Source: a virus
Length of the DNA: 41,172 nt
Virus record (IMG/VR): IMGVR_UViG_3300045988_010662
Location: 1 to 41,172 of that record
Reading direction: 5' to 3' (one strand)
A model generated the notes under the pieces. It saw only the letters and a list, made by a program, of their open reading frames with translations, was not told the DNA's origin and ran no database searches. A program made the translations under genes and the position numbers. Positions 7,742 to 14,812 of the stretch are shown piece after piece (position 1 is the stretch's first letter; each line of letters begins with the position of its first letter).

Positions 7742-7960
7742 GTGAGGGAAAGAGTAAAAGAGTTTGATGTAAGCGTGAATGTATCGTTCAATGTTAGCTT
7801 TCAAGTGCTAGCTAACAACGAGGCACAAGCAAGAACCAAGATTGATAACCTACTTGAAATCATGCGGAATGAGGCAACAGTCGATTGCCATATTCACCCT
7901 AGCTACGATGTATATGTAGATGATTGTGAGGCAGAACTAAACCAGCTTAGTTATTGGTAA
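7742..7960 (+). CDS. Hypothetical small protein
   Basis: 72-aa ORF with a GTG start directly after the previous stop. Confidence 0.45.
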   Translation: MRERVKEFDVSVNVSFNVSFQVLANNEAQARTKIDNLLEIMRNEATVDCHIHPSYDVYVDDCEAELNQLSYW

Positions 7961-7969
7961 GGGGGATAA

Positions 7970-8149
7970 ATGCTAAGTAAAAAACGAAAGATGGTAATCA
8001 CGATTGAGATACCTCTAAATGTGGAAACGCAAGAAGAGGCATCTCAACAGATGCAAATGATTATGAGTGCTGATACAAAGACCTTTGAAAGCCTAGAGGA
8101 AATCATCAAGGTGTATAAAGGAACAATGTGTATCGAACAGAAAATATAG
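7970..8149 (+). CDS. Hypothetical small protein (59 aa, below the track cutoff)
   Basis: Hand-translated MLSKKRKMVITIEIPLNVETQEEASQQ...; AAGGGGG RBS upstream of ATG 7970. Confidence 0.45.
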   Translation: MLSKKRKMVITIEIPLNVETQEEASQQMQMIMSADTKTFESLEEIIKVYKGTMCIEQKI

Positions 8150-8158
8150 GAGGAATGA

Positions 8159-8542
8159 ATGAACACAGTACAAATTATGGGGAACTTGGCACGTGATCCA
8201 GAGGTACGCTATACCAAAAGCGGAAAAGCAGTAGCAACATTCACAGTAGCAGCAAGCAATACATATATTGATAGTAACAATGAAACAAAAGAACAAACTG
8301 CTTTCATTAATTGCGTGGCATGGGGAAATCTAGGTGAAAGCGTAGGTAATCTTCGTAAAGGTAATCGTTGTTTTGTAGAAGGTCGATTGCAAACACGTTC
8401 TTATGAAAACGCAGATGGGCAGAAAAAATATGTAACAGAAGTTGTGGCTAACTTTGTAGGTACATCATTAACAAATGATGAAACTGCATCTAGCAACTTT
8501 GATAGTTTTGAGCAACCGCAAGATGAAAATGTTCCGTTCTAA
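8159..8542 (+). CDS. ssb: Single-stranded DNA-binding protein
   Basis: OB-fold N-terminus MNTVQIMGNLARDPEVRYTKSGKAVATFTVA and an acidic C-terminal tip PQDENVPF. Confidence 0.9.
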   Translation: MNTVQIMGNLARDPEVRYTKSGKAVATFTVAASNTYIDSNNETKEQTAFINCVAWGNLGESVGNLRKGNRCFVEGRLQTRSYENADGQKKYVTEVVANFVGTSLTNDETASSNFDSFEQPQDENVPF

Positions 8543-8554
8543 GAGGTGAATAAT

Positions 8555-8734
8555 ATGGATGAATACAAAATTAGTGGCTATGTAAAGATTGGTTTTTCAA
8601 AAGTTGTGAAATGCGAAAGTTATGTTGATGCGATGGAAAAAGCCGAAGAGATTTCACGTAACGAAGATATTGATTTTAGTGAACTAAATGATTGGTATGA
8701 CGAAGTGGAAGTTGAAGAGGTAGAAGAATTATAG
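8555..8734 (+). CDS. Small acidic protein
   Basis: 59 aa ending in EVEVEEVEEL; AGAGGTGA RBS before ATG 8555. Confidence 0.5.
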   Translation: MDEYKISGYVKIGFSKVVKCESYVDAMEKAEEISRNEDIDFSELNDWYDEVEVEEVEEL

Positions 8735-8746
8735 GAGTGAGTATCA

Positions 8747-9172
8747 ATGCTAGTTAAAGATGAAACAAAATATTGTTGGTGTGAAGATGAAGTAGCTGGT
8801 GAACCACAAAATAGCATTGAAGAAACTATCGAAGATTATGTCAATAATGAATATGACTACGGTGATTTTGATGCTTTAAGTCGAGAGGAATTATTACAAA
8901 CAACGATAGAAATAGGTCATCCATACCGATATGTACCCGAGGTAGATGGTGAACGTGTGATTTGGAATGTGTGTGATTACGATTTAGATGATGAAATTGC
9001 AGAATATTCAGATGATTACATGAAAGATGTTAAAAACGAACACATGGACGAACTAAGCGAAGAATTAACAAAAGTATTTCAAGCATGGGAAAAACGTCAT
9101 GGGTACGAGAACAAATCATGGGTAGTGCAAGAAACAAAAACCTATCGTATTGAAGATTATGTAAAGGAGTAA
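8747..9172 (+). CDS. Highly acidic protein (candidate DNA-mimic / anti-restriction)
   Basis: By hand count about 40 of 141 residues are Asp/Glu. No recognised motif. Confidence 0.5.
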   Translation: MLVKDETKYCWCEDEVAGEPQNSIEETIEDYVNNEYDYGDFDALSREELLQTTIEIGHPYRYVPEVDGERVIWNVCDYDLDDEIAEYSDDYMKDVKNEHMDELSEELTKVFQAWEKRHGYENKSWVVQETKTYRIEDYVKE

Positions 9173-9176
9173 AAAT

Positions 9177-9569
9177 ATGAATAAGATTATCTCAGTTTTA
9201 TTGGTGGTAGTAATGATTGGTGCGGTTGTATGGAGTTTCGCATTTGGTGTTCCAATGTATATGGTATGGCAACAACAAAAAGCAGGCGAGGCAGAACTTG
9301 CTAGAGCGGAACAGAACAGACAAGTTGCGGTGTTAGAGGCTAAAGCAAAACTAGATAGCGCTGAAAGCCTAGCACAAGCCGAAGTAAAACGTGCAGAGGG
9401 TACTGCAAAAGCCAATCAAATTATCGGTCAATCATTGAAAGGTAATGAGGCATACATTCATTGGTTATGGGTTGATACTTTGAAAGACAGTAAAGACCAA
9501 ATCATTTACATTCCAACCGAGGCTGGTGTGCCTATTACGGAAAGTTTCAGATTGAAAGAAAGTAAATAG
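9177..9569 (+). CDS. Membrane-anchored SPFH/Band-7-like protein (truncated type)
   Basis: N-terminal TM IISVLLVVVMIGAVVW, followed by an Ala/Glu-rich helix and EAYIHWLWVDTL...IIYIPTE, resembling the C-terminal half of prohibitin/HflC-type proteins. Confidence 0.45.
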   Translation: MNKIISVLLVVVMIGAVVWSFAFGVPMYMVWQQQKAGEAELARAEQNRQVAVLEAKAKLDSAESLAQAEVKRAEGTAKANQIIGQSLKGNEAYIHWLWVDTLKDSKDQIIYIPTEAGVPITESFRLKESK

Positions 9570-9572
9570 CCT

Positions 9573-10329
9573 ATGCACATTTGGGGGTTATTTGATGATG
9601 GTAATGGCTGTTATCGTCAAGCGGTAGATGAATATAACGTGAATATGGGGGGGGCAACACACGATCACATCAATAGGAATTGGTGATGCGTGTATCAACC
9701 AAGACCTTGCAGTTAATATGCTGCATAAACCAAACGCATTATGGGAGCAGTTGGACAAGCTAGATAGACCTGATGTTATTCTAGCTAGTCCACCTTGTGA
9801 AAGCTGGAGCGTGGCAAGTTCTATGAAAGGTGGTAATGCGTGTTGGAAACAAGAAAAGGATATGACAATCAATCTATTTGGTGAATATGAGCAAGGGAGT
9901 AAATTCACAATCAGAAATCACATTGATTATGAAAACTACCAATTCAAGTATGATAAGTCATTTCTAACACGTATCAATGGTGAGATGTGCATATACAACA
10001 CATTGAAAATCATTGAGCGGTATCAACCTAAAGTATTCGTGATTGAAAACCCAGCATATGGGCGGATATGGGAATACATCAAAAATGTAATAGGGTTCGA
10101 TGTTCCTTATGAGAATTTAACCTATTACAACAACTACGATTACCCAGTTAAGAAACCAACTAAATTTGGTAGTAATATCGATTTAAAGTTATTAAATGAC
10201 AATATAAAGTCTAATTTACGATGGGCAGACTTAAAAAGTAATGGTAATCGATATAACACAAGGTCAAATATTCCGTTGGATTTAGTAAAAGATATTTTAA
10301 AACGATGTGAACAATATGTAGAGGGGTGA
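9573..10329 (+). pseudogene. C5-cytosine DNA methyltransferase-like gene split by a frameshift at a G8 tract
   Basis: The 5' frame encodes MHIWGLFDDGNGCY (motif I-like) and stops at 9681-9683. The 3' frame is open from 9643 (track ORF 9718..10329) and encodes ILASPPCESWS (PC motif IV) and VFVIENP (ENV-like motif VI). The G8 run lies within the short stretch where both frames are open. Confidence 0.55.
9647..9654. repeat. Homopolymeric G8 tract
   Basis: atatggggggggcaac; a length change of -1 or +2 would fuse the two methyltransferase reading frames. Confidence 0.9.
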
Positions 10330-10333
10330 GTGT

Positions 10334-10804
10334 TTGACAGAGCAAGATATTCAATATGCGTTAGGGCAACATTTGTTTCTTAAAAATATATGCATACCTA
10401 ATGTAATGATGAGGGATAGCGGAAAGCCGCCTTATGAGGCTGACTTTGTATACTTCAATCTAAACACTTTGCACTTAACAGAAGTTGAAATCAAAACGGA
10501 TATAAATGATTTCAGAAATGATTTCAAGAAAGCACGTTATCACGATAATCACAATGTGATGTATCTGTATTACGCAATACCAAGGGATTTATATGATGAT
10601 CATTATGAAACGATTGATGAATTACTTGGTGATGCTGGTCTAATCTTAATTGATGAAATAGATACATTTGATTTTAGAGGCAATATTTATGAGTTTGGTG
10701 GCTTTGTAAAAAAGGCTAAACGAATAAAGGGTTCTGTTAAGTTAAATGAACAAGAAAAAGAATATTATATGAGAATTGGGTGTATGAAATGGGTGAATAG
10801 ATAA
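10334..10804 (+). CDS. PD-(D/E)xK nuclease-fold protein (MmcB-like)
   Basis: YEADFVYF ... LTEVEIKTDINDFRNDFKK matches the D...E-x-K plus S/T-x-x-D-F pattern. TTG start after GAGGGG. Confidence 0.5.
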   Translation: MTEQDIQYALGQHLFLKNICIPNVMMRDSGKPPYEADFVYFNLNTLHLTEVEIKTDINDFRNDFKKARYHDNHNVMYLYYAIPRDLYDDHYETIDELLGDAGLILIDEIDTFDFRGNIYEFGGFVKKAKRIKGSVKLNEQEKEYYMRIGCMKWVNR

Positions 10805-11157
10805 TGCCAATAAATAGTAAAGAAAAAGGAGCAAGGGGCGAACGACTATGGAGAGATGTGTGCCGAGAAAATGGGTTTGATAAAGTCCGTAGAACTGCAC
10901 AATATTGCGGTAAAACAGGTGATGCAGCTGATTGCATAGGTTTGCCAAACATCCACCAAGAGGTTAAGTGTGTAGAAAAACTAAATGTATATGATGCATA
11001 TAATCAAGCCAATAGAGATGCAAAAGTAGCTGGCAAAGGAGAAATACCTATAGTTGCATGGAAAAGAAAGTATAAGCCGTTTTTAGTTGTAATGAGTGCG
11101 GATGACTTTTTCCGAATTTATAGAGAAAGTGAATGGAGTAACGAGAATGGCGGTTAA
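10804..11157 (+). CDS. PD-(D/E)xK Holliday-junction-resolvase-like nuclease
   Basis: KGARGERLWRDVCRENGF ... GDAADCIG ... HQEVKC is a typical small phage resolvase/endonuclease pattern. Confidence 0.5.
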   Translation: MPINSKEKGARGERLWRDVCRENGFDKVRRTAQYCGKTGDAADCIGLPNIHQEVKCVEKLNVYDAYNQANRDAKVAGKGEIPIVAWKRKYKPFLVVMSADDFFRIYRESEWSNENGG

Positions 11158-11428
11158 TATGAGTGAGTTTGTACCTGATAATAACCTAAATTGGTTAGCA
11201 TTAGCAGCTTGTGTATATGGAAACATAACTGCTGGCAAGGCGTTATGTTGCTTAGGGTTAGTAGGAACTAAACCGCAGAAAACATATACACGTGTAAGTG
11301 AATTAGATAAAAATTTACTATTAAAAATGCATCAATCTGGAATGTCATTAAATCAAATTAGTTTACGAGTTAGTGCAAATTACAAAACAATCAAGCGTGC
11401 ATTGATTAATAGTGGGGTGGAATTTTGA
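11147..11428 (+). CDS. Small HTH protein
   Basis: The C-terminus LLLKMHQSGMSLNQISLRVSANYKTIKRAL is a resolvase-type HTH. The start is ambiguous (11147 or 11159). Confidence 0.5.
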   Translation: MAVNMSEFVPDNNLNWLALAACVYGNITAGKALCCLGLVGTKPQKTYTRVSELDKNLLLKMHQSGMSLNQISLRVSANYKTIKRALINSGVEF

Positions 11429-11856
11429 GAGAACAAATGAAAGTAAAGTTGGTTAGTGAATATGCACAACTACCAACAAGGGGTAGTGAAGATGCAGCTG
11501 GGTTAGACCTATATTGTCCATTTCACATCAAAGTGTCTGCTGATAGTCAAAAGAAAATTCCGCTAGGGGTGGCGGTAGAGATACCGAAAGGACACATGGG
11601 GTTACTTGTACCACGAAGTAGTATGAGTAAAACACCATTGAGGTGTGCCAATAGTGTAGGTATTATTGATGCTGACTATAGAGGCGAATTGAGTATTGCA
11701 TATGAAAATGTATCTTGTAGCGATTACATGATATTTAGAGGTGATCGTATCGCACAATTAATCATCGTACCAGTAGCAATGGTTGATGTAGTAGAAGTGG
11801 ATGAGTTGAGCGAAACAGAACGTGGTACTGGCGGTTATGGTAGTACTGGTAAATAA
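11425..11856 (+). CDS. dut: dUTP diphosphatase
   Basis: AAGLDLY, GIIDADYRGE, GDRIAQLII and RGTGGYGSTG motifs. Start is TTG 11425 or ATG 11437. Confidence 0.9.
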   Translation: MREQMKVKLVSEYAQLPTRGSEDAAGLDLYCPFHIKVSADSQKKIPLGVAVEIPKGHMGLLVPRSSMSKTPLRCANSVGIIDADYRGELSIAYENVSCSDYMIFRGDRIAQLIIVPVAMVDVVEVDELSETERGTGGYGSTGK

Positions 11857-11859
11857 ATA

Positions 11860-11991
11860 ATGGATAAATTGACTAGAGAACCATTGACTAAAGAACGAGA
11901 GTTAGAGTTAAAACTAGCGATTTTACAAATTAATTATGAAAGCAAGTGTATAGCTAATGAATTAGAATTTCAAAGGGTGGTGAATAGATAG
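11860..11991 (+). CDS. Hypothetical 43-aa protein
   Basis: Hand-translated MDKLTREPLTKERELELKLAILQINYESKCIANELEFQRVVNR; fills an otherwise empty gap. Confidence 0.35.
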   Translation: MDKLTREPLTKERELELKLAILQINYESKCIANELEFQRVVNR

Positions 11992-12164
11992 TGTGTAGTC
12001 CGATTTATACTGTTAAGTTAAGAAAAATGCCGTTAGATCGCAACGATAAAAAACTACAACGGATGCATGACATGGAACGTAATGGTGCGTTAATGTGTGC
12101 AGCGTTACTAATGCTATCAATGGTAGTTATGATTGCGTTCATAGTGTATTGGTTGATTGTGTAA
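11991..12164 (+). CDS. Hypothetical 57-aa membrane protein
   Basis: GTG start overlapping the previous stop; C-terminal TM ALMCAALLMLSMVVMIAFIVYWLIV. Confidence 0.35.
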   Translation: MCSPIYTVKLRKMPLDRNDKKLQRMHDMERNGALMCAALLMLSMVVMIAFIVYWLIV

Positions 12165-12202
12165 AGGATATGGGCGGTGAAATATCCGCCCTATCATAAG
12201 AG

Positions 12203-12466
12203 GTGAGTATGATTGACTTAGAATTGCTATCGAGTGCATTAACAATAGTTATTGGTGATGTAATGCTCAAACCTAAAATAGAGGTTGATAATGGTAGCGT
12301 GAAAATTATATATGATTATTATGGTACTACTTTTACAGAATTAACAACAACTTTTGAAGTTGAGCATTGTATGAGGTTAGATTTTCTTGTTGAAAAGATA
12401 AGACTAAATGCAAAATATGGAATATACAACAATTTATCGATGAGGCATAGATATGGCAAGTTATAG
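12203..12466 (+). CDS. Hypothetical protein
   Basis: 87-aa ORF with an AGAGGTGA RBS (start GTG 12203 or ATG 12209). Confidence 0.5.
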   Translation: MSMIDLELLSSALTIVIGDVMLKPKIEVDNGSVKIIYDYYGTTFTELTTTFEVEHCMRLDFLVEKIRLNAKYGIYNNLSMRHRYGKL

Positions 12467-12677
12467 CGGTTACGTTAAACACTCCGACTTTTACATAGCA
12501 CCTCAAAACTATCAAGATGCATTTGATTTCTTGTGCCGGCTTGCGGTAGAGAGTGAAGAGGATGTGTTCTATATCGGTAAAGTAAGTGAAAATATTGATG
12601 ATTTTGATTTGTATGATGTAGTTGAATTTAGATGGAATGAGGATAGAGGAGCATGGGTACAGTATGATCACAGATAA
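12453..12677 (+). CDS. Hypothetical protein
   Basis: 74-aa ORF overlapping its neighbours within the operon. Confidence 0.5.
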   Translation: MASYSGYVKHSDFYIAPQNYQDAFDFLCRLAVESEEDVFYIGKVSENIDDFDLYDVVEFRWNEDRGAWVQYDHR

Positions 12678-13095
12678 ACAAGGTAGAGAGTGGTTATTTC
12701 AAAAATTATATGATGATGGCTGGCGGTATATAATTGGTAGTAATAGTACATTCATATACTTAACCAAAATTAAACCATTGATTGTTGATGGTTTTTATAA
12801 GTGTAATGGTGAAGAATATACCTGTATTGGACGGACACATGGAATATTACCTGACTTGGAAATAGGCGAGGTAATGGATATTGCAGAAGAATTAGGTATT
12901 GTTGATTGGTCAAAAGTAGAAGTTGATACACCTGTATTTGTAAGAGATAGTATTAATGAAGTATGGAAGTGTAGATATTTTGCCGAATATAAAGATGGAA
13001 AAGTGTATACATGGCGTGATGGGAAGACATCTTGGAGTAATGTAATATCTGATAGACCTGTTGTTTGGGGATATGCGGAACTAGCAGAGGTATAA
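12622..13095 (+). CDS. Hypothetical protein
   Basis: 157-aa ORF; the real start may be ATG 12664 (MITDKQGREW). Confidence 0.55.
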   Translation: MNLDGMRIEEHGYSMITDKQGREWLFQKLYDDGWRYIIGSNSTFIYLTKIKPLIVDGFYKCNGEEYTCIGRTHGILPDLEIGEVMDIAEELGIVDWSKVEVDTPVFVRDSINEVWKCRYFAEYKDGKVYTWRDGKTSWSNVISDRPVVWGYAELAEV

Positions 13096-13099
13096 ATAC

Positions 13100-13234
13100 A
13101 TGGTATTGTTTATGTTTTTTTGCTTGATAGTTGCTATGGGTAATGTAAACAATGGTTATGCAAATGCAATTATATTTATAGCGTGGTGCGTATTGGTGTA
13201 TTTGCTAGCTATAAATGGTAATTTTAAAGAGTGA
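13100..13234 (+). CDS. Hypothetical 44-aa membrane peptide
   Basis: Hand-translated MVLFMFFCLIVAMGNVNNGYANAIIFIAWCVLVYLLAINGNFKE, with two hydrophobic stretches. Confidence 0.35.
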   Translation: MVLFMFFCLIVAMGNVNNGYANAIIFIAWCVLVYLLAINGNFKE

Positions 13235-13244
13235 GGTGAAGTGT

Positions 13245-13694
13245 TTGGGAGAATATGACGAAAAGCAACTAATAGAAAAGGCGGTTGAGTATTTACAACC
13301 AGTAAAGTTAGTAGATGTACAGATTGCATCTATCAAAGAGGAAATCAATCAGTTAAGAGCGAACCTTACATCAATAGGTGCGATTGATTACAGTAAGGAT
13401 AGAGTAACAGGAGGTGGCACTCCGCAAGGGTTAGAGGGTAGCGTAGCAAGATTTCTTGATACAGTCGCAGAACGTGATAAACGAATTGATGAGTTATCTA
13501 AACTAAAATGCGATGCGATCAATAGAATTGATGCACTAGACGAAAAGCTGGGTGCAATTATCCTACGTTATGAATTTGTACTCAACAATTCAACAGAAGA
13601 TGCTTATAAAATGATTGGGTGTTACTCTACGAAACAAGCGAAGAGATACAAGCAAAAAGCATTATTGGAATTTGGACAAAAACTTGTCCTATAA
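13245..13694 (+). CDS. ArpU/RinA-like late-gene transcriptional regulator (sigma region-4-like C-terminus)
   Basis: The C-terminus ILRYEFVLNNSTEDAYKMIGCYSTKQAKRYKQKALLEFGQKL matches the ArpU-type pattern. It is the last gene before the packaging genes. TTG 13245 follows GAGGTGAAG; the track start is ATG 13215. Confidence 0.5.
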   Translation: MGEYDEKQLIEKAVEYLQPVKLVDVQIASIKEEINQLRANLTSIGAIDYSKDRVTGGGTPQGLEGSVARFLDTVAERDKRIDELSKLKCDAINRIDALDEKLGAIILRYEFVLNNSTEDAYKMIGCYSTKQAKRYKQKALLEFGQKLVL

Positions 13695-13749
13695 TGTCCG
13701 TAAATGTCTGTAATTGTCCGTGTACCTATAGTTTGCTATTAGGTATAAT
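13695..13749 (+). promoter_or_regulatory. Candidate late promoter: three TGTC(C/T)GT boxes at 10-bp spacing, then TATAAT
   Basis: tgtccgt at 13695-13701, tgtctgt at 13705-13711, tgtccgt at 13715-13721, and tataat at 13744-13749 with no recognisable -35. Confidence 0.5.
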
Positions 13750-13815
13750 ATATATGTAGAAGTTGCCACTAAGCGACTTGTACTCACTCTTTCCTTATGG
13801 ACAAATCAAAACACA

Positions 13816-13853
13816 ACAACAAGCGCACCCAAATAAGAGTGCGCCTTTGTTGT
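13816..13853 (+). other. Bulged 13-bp hairpin
   Basis: acaacaagcgcac / gtgcgc(ct)ttgttgt with a 10-nt loop. Confidence 0.6.
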
Positions 13854-14219
13854 ATATGGGCGAAATGTGGTATAGAACAATTCATCGATGGACACAGAGT
13901 AGCAGCGCAACCATAATTGATTTGGTGAGTGAAACACTATACTTTTTTCTAATTTCAATTTTTGAAGTATGTGTTAGACAAAAATTTTATATGTAAATTT
14001 TTACTGCTGACTGATACAGGGTAAGTCGAATATCATCAAGCATAGCTTATAGCTTATACATTATACATTTTCAGATACGAACTTACCCTATATTGGTTAC
14101 ACATTGAATACTGACAACTAGCAGCCTCCAAAAGAACTTTATTCATATTTTGTTGTTACTTAACCTAACACGATTACGATCCATCAAATTGTTAGCTGTT
14201 GGTATTGAGTGTGTAATGA

Positions 14220-14327
14220 TCATTGAAAACTAGGTGTGTTTCTCTTTTCCAACTTGTTTATCTTATTCATAGTTGAACCTCAGAAAGCATAAATTGTCAT
14301 ATCATCAACGCACCTAGTTTTGAGTGA
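14220..14327 (+). other. Long-range 19-bp helix enclosing about 70 nt
   Basis: tcattgaaaactaggtgtg (14220-14238) pairs with cgcacctagttttgagtga (14309-14327). The core of 11 bp is perfect; overall there is 1 mismatch and 2 G-U pairs. Confidence 0.6.
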
Positions 14328-14362
14328 TTAATACAGGAAAAAAGAATAAATTTATCACAAAA

Positions 14363-14396
14363 TGGGGTATATTCACGGCGATATACTCCATTTTTT
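14363..14396 (+). terminator. Rho-independent terminator 27 nt upstream of the first late gene
   Basis: Stem tggggtatat / atatactcca (one G-U pair), loop tcacggcg, then tttttt. Confidence 0.75.
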
Positions 14397-14423
14397 GCAT
14401 AAATCTATCATAAAGGGGAGATT

Positions 14424-14615
14424 ATGACAGATGTAATGTGTTGTAAAAAGAAATGCCTTAACAATAAGAATGGCATATGTACCGCAAAAACAATAGAATA
14501 TGATGGCTTGTGCCAAACATATATCACCTGTGGCGGTGCGAGTAAATGTAATTATGGGTTGTGCGTTAGGTCGCATGGCAAGTTAAAAAGGAAAGGTGGC
14601 GAAGTGCTGAAATGA
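14424..14615 (+). CDS. Small Cys-rich protein (DUF1540-like pattern)
   Basis: 63 aa with 8 Cys (CCKKKCLNNKNGICTAKTIEYDGLCQTYITCGGASKCNYGLC). AAAGGGGAG RBS. Confidence 0.55.
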   Translation: MTDVMCCKKKCLNNKNGICTAKTIEYDGLCQTYITCGGASKCNYGLCVRSHGKLKRKGGEVLK

Positions 14616-14812
14616 TTAAAGCAATCAAACAATTCATTGAAGATAGAAAACTATTCAAACAAGCAGCCAAGGACTTAAACAATAAAGACCTACAGGCTAA
14701 AGCTAAATATGCATACGAGCATCGTGGCGATACAATGATTACACTCATTGATGGTTTAGCTATCATATGTGGTGTATTAATCTTAATCGGTATTGTGTGG
14801 TGTTGGATGTGA
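14612..14812 (+). CDS. Small protein with a C-terminal TM anchor
   Basis: 66-aa ORF ending in ITLIDGLAIICGVLILIGIVWCWM. Confidence 0.5.
   Translation: MIKAIKQFIEDRKLFKQAAKDLNNKDLQAKAKYAYEHRGDTMITLIDGLAIICGVLILIGIVWCWM

Noticed and set aside
9588-9908. 106-aa minus-strand ORF across the methyltransferase 5' region
   Set aside because: It is antisense to recognisable methyltransferase motifs on the plus strand, and no minus-strand genes exist outside the lysogeny module.
9573-11157. Methyltransferase plus adjacent nucleases as a restriction-modification system
   Set aside because: The nucleases look like MmcB-like and resolvase-like recombination enzymes rather than restriction endonucleases, and the methylase is most simply an orphan anti-restriction enzyme. 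I kept this only as a low-interest note.
12172-12191. GC-rich hairpin gggcgg-tgaaatat-ccgccc in the 12165-12202 gap as a terminator
   Set aside because: The stem is only 6 bp and no T-tract follows. It may be a minor RNA structure, and I did not call it a feature.
13763-13996. 77-aa TTG-start plus-strand ORF inside the 729-nt gap
   Set aside because: It has no Shine-Dalgarno sequence and a non-ATG start, the 13816-13853 hairpin lies within it, and its translation is low-complexity and hydrophobic at the end. I treat the region as non-coding, though a homology search could overturn this.
14373-14576. 67-aa minus-strand ORF overlapping the Cys-rich gene and the terminator
   Set aside because: It is antisense to a plus-strand gene with a good RBS and spans the terminator hairpin. 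It is likely spurious.
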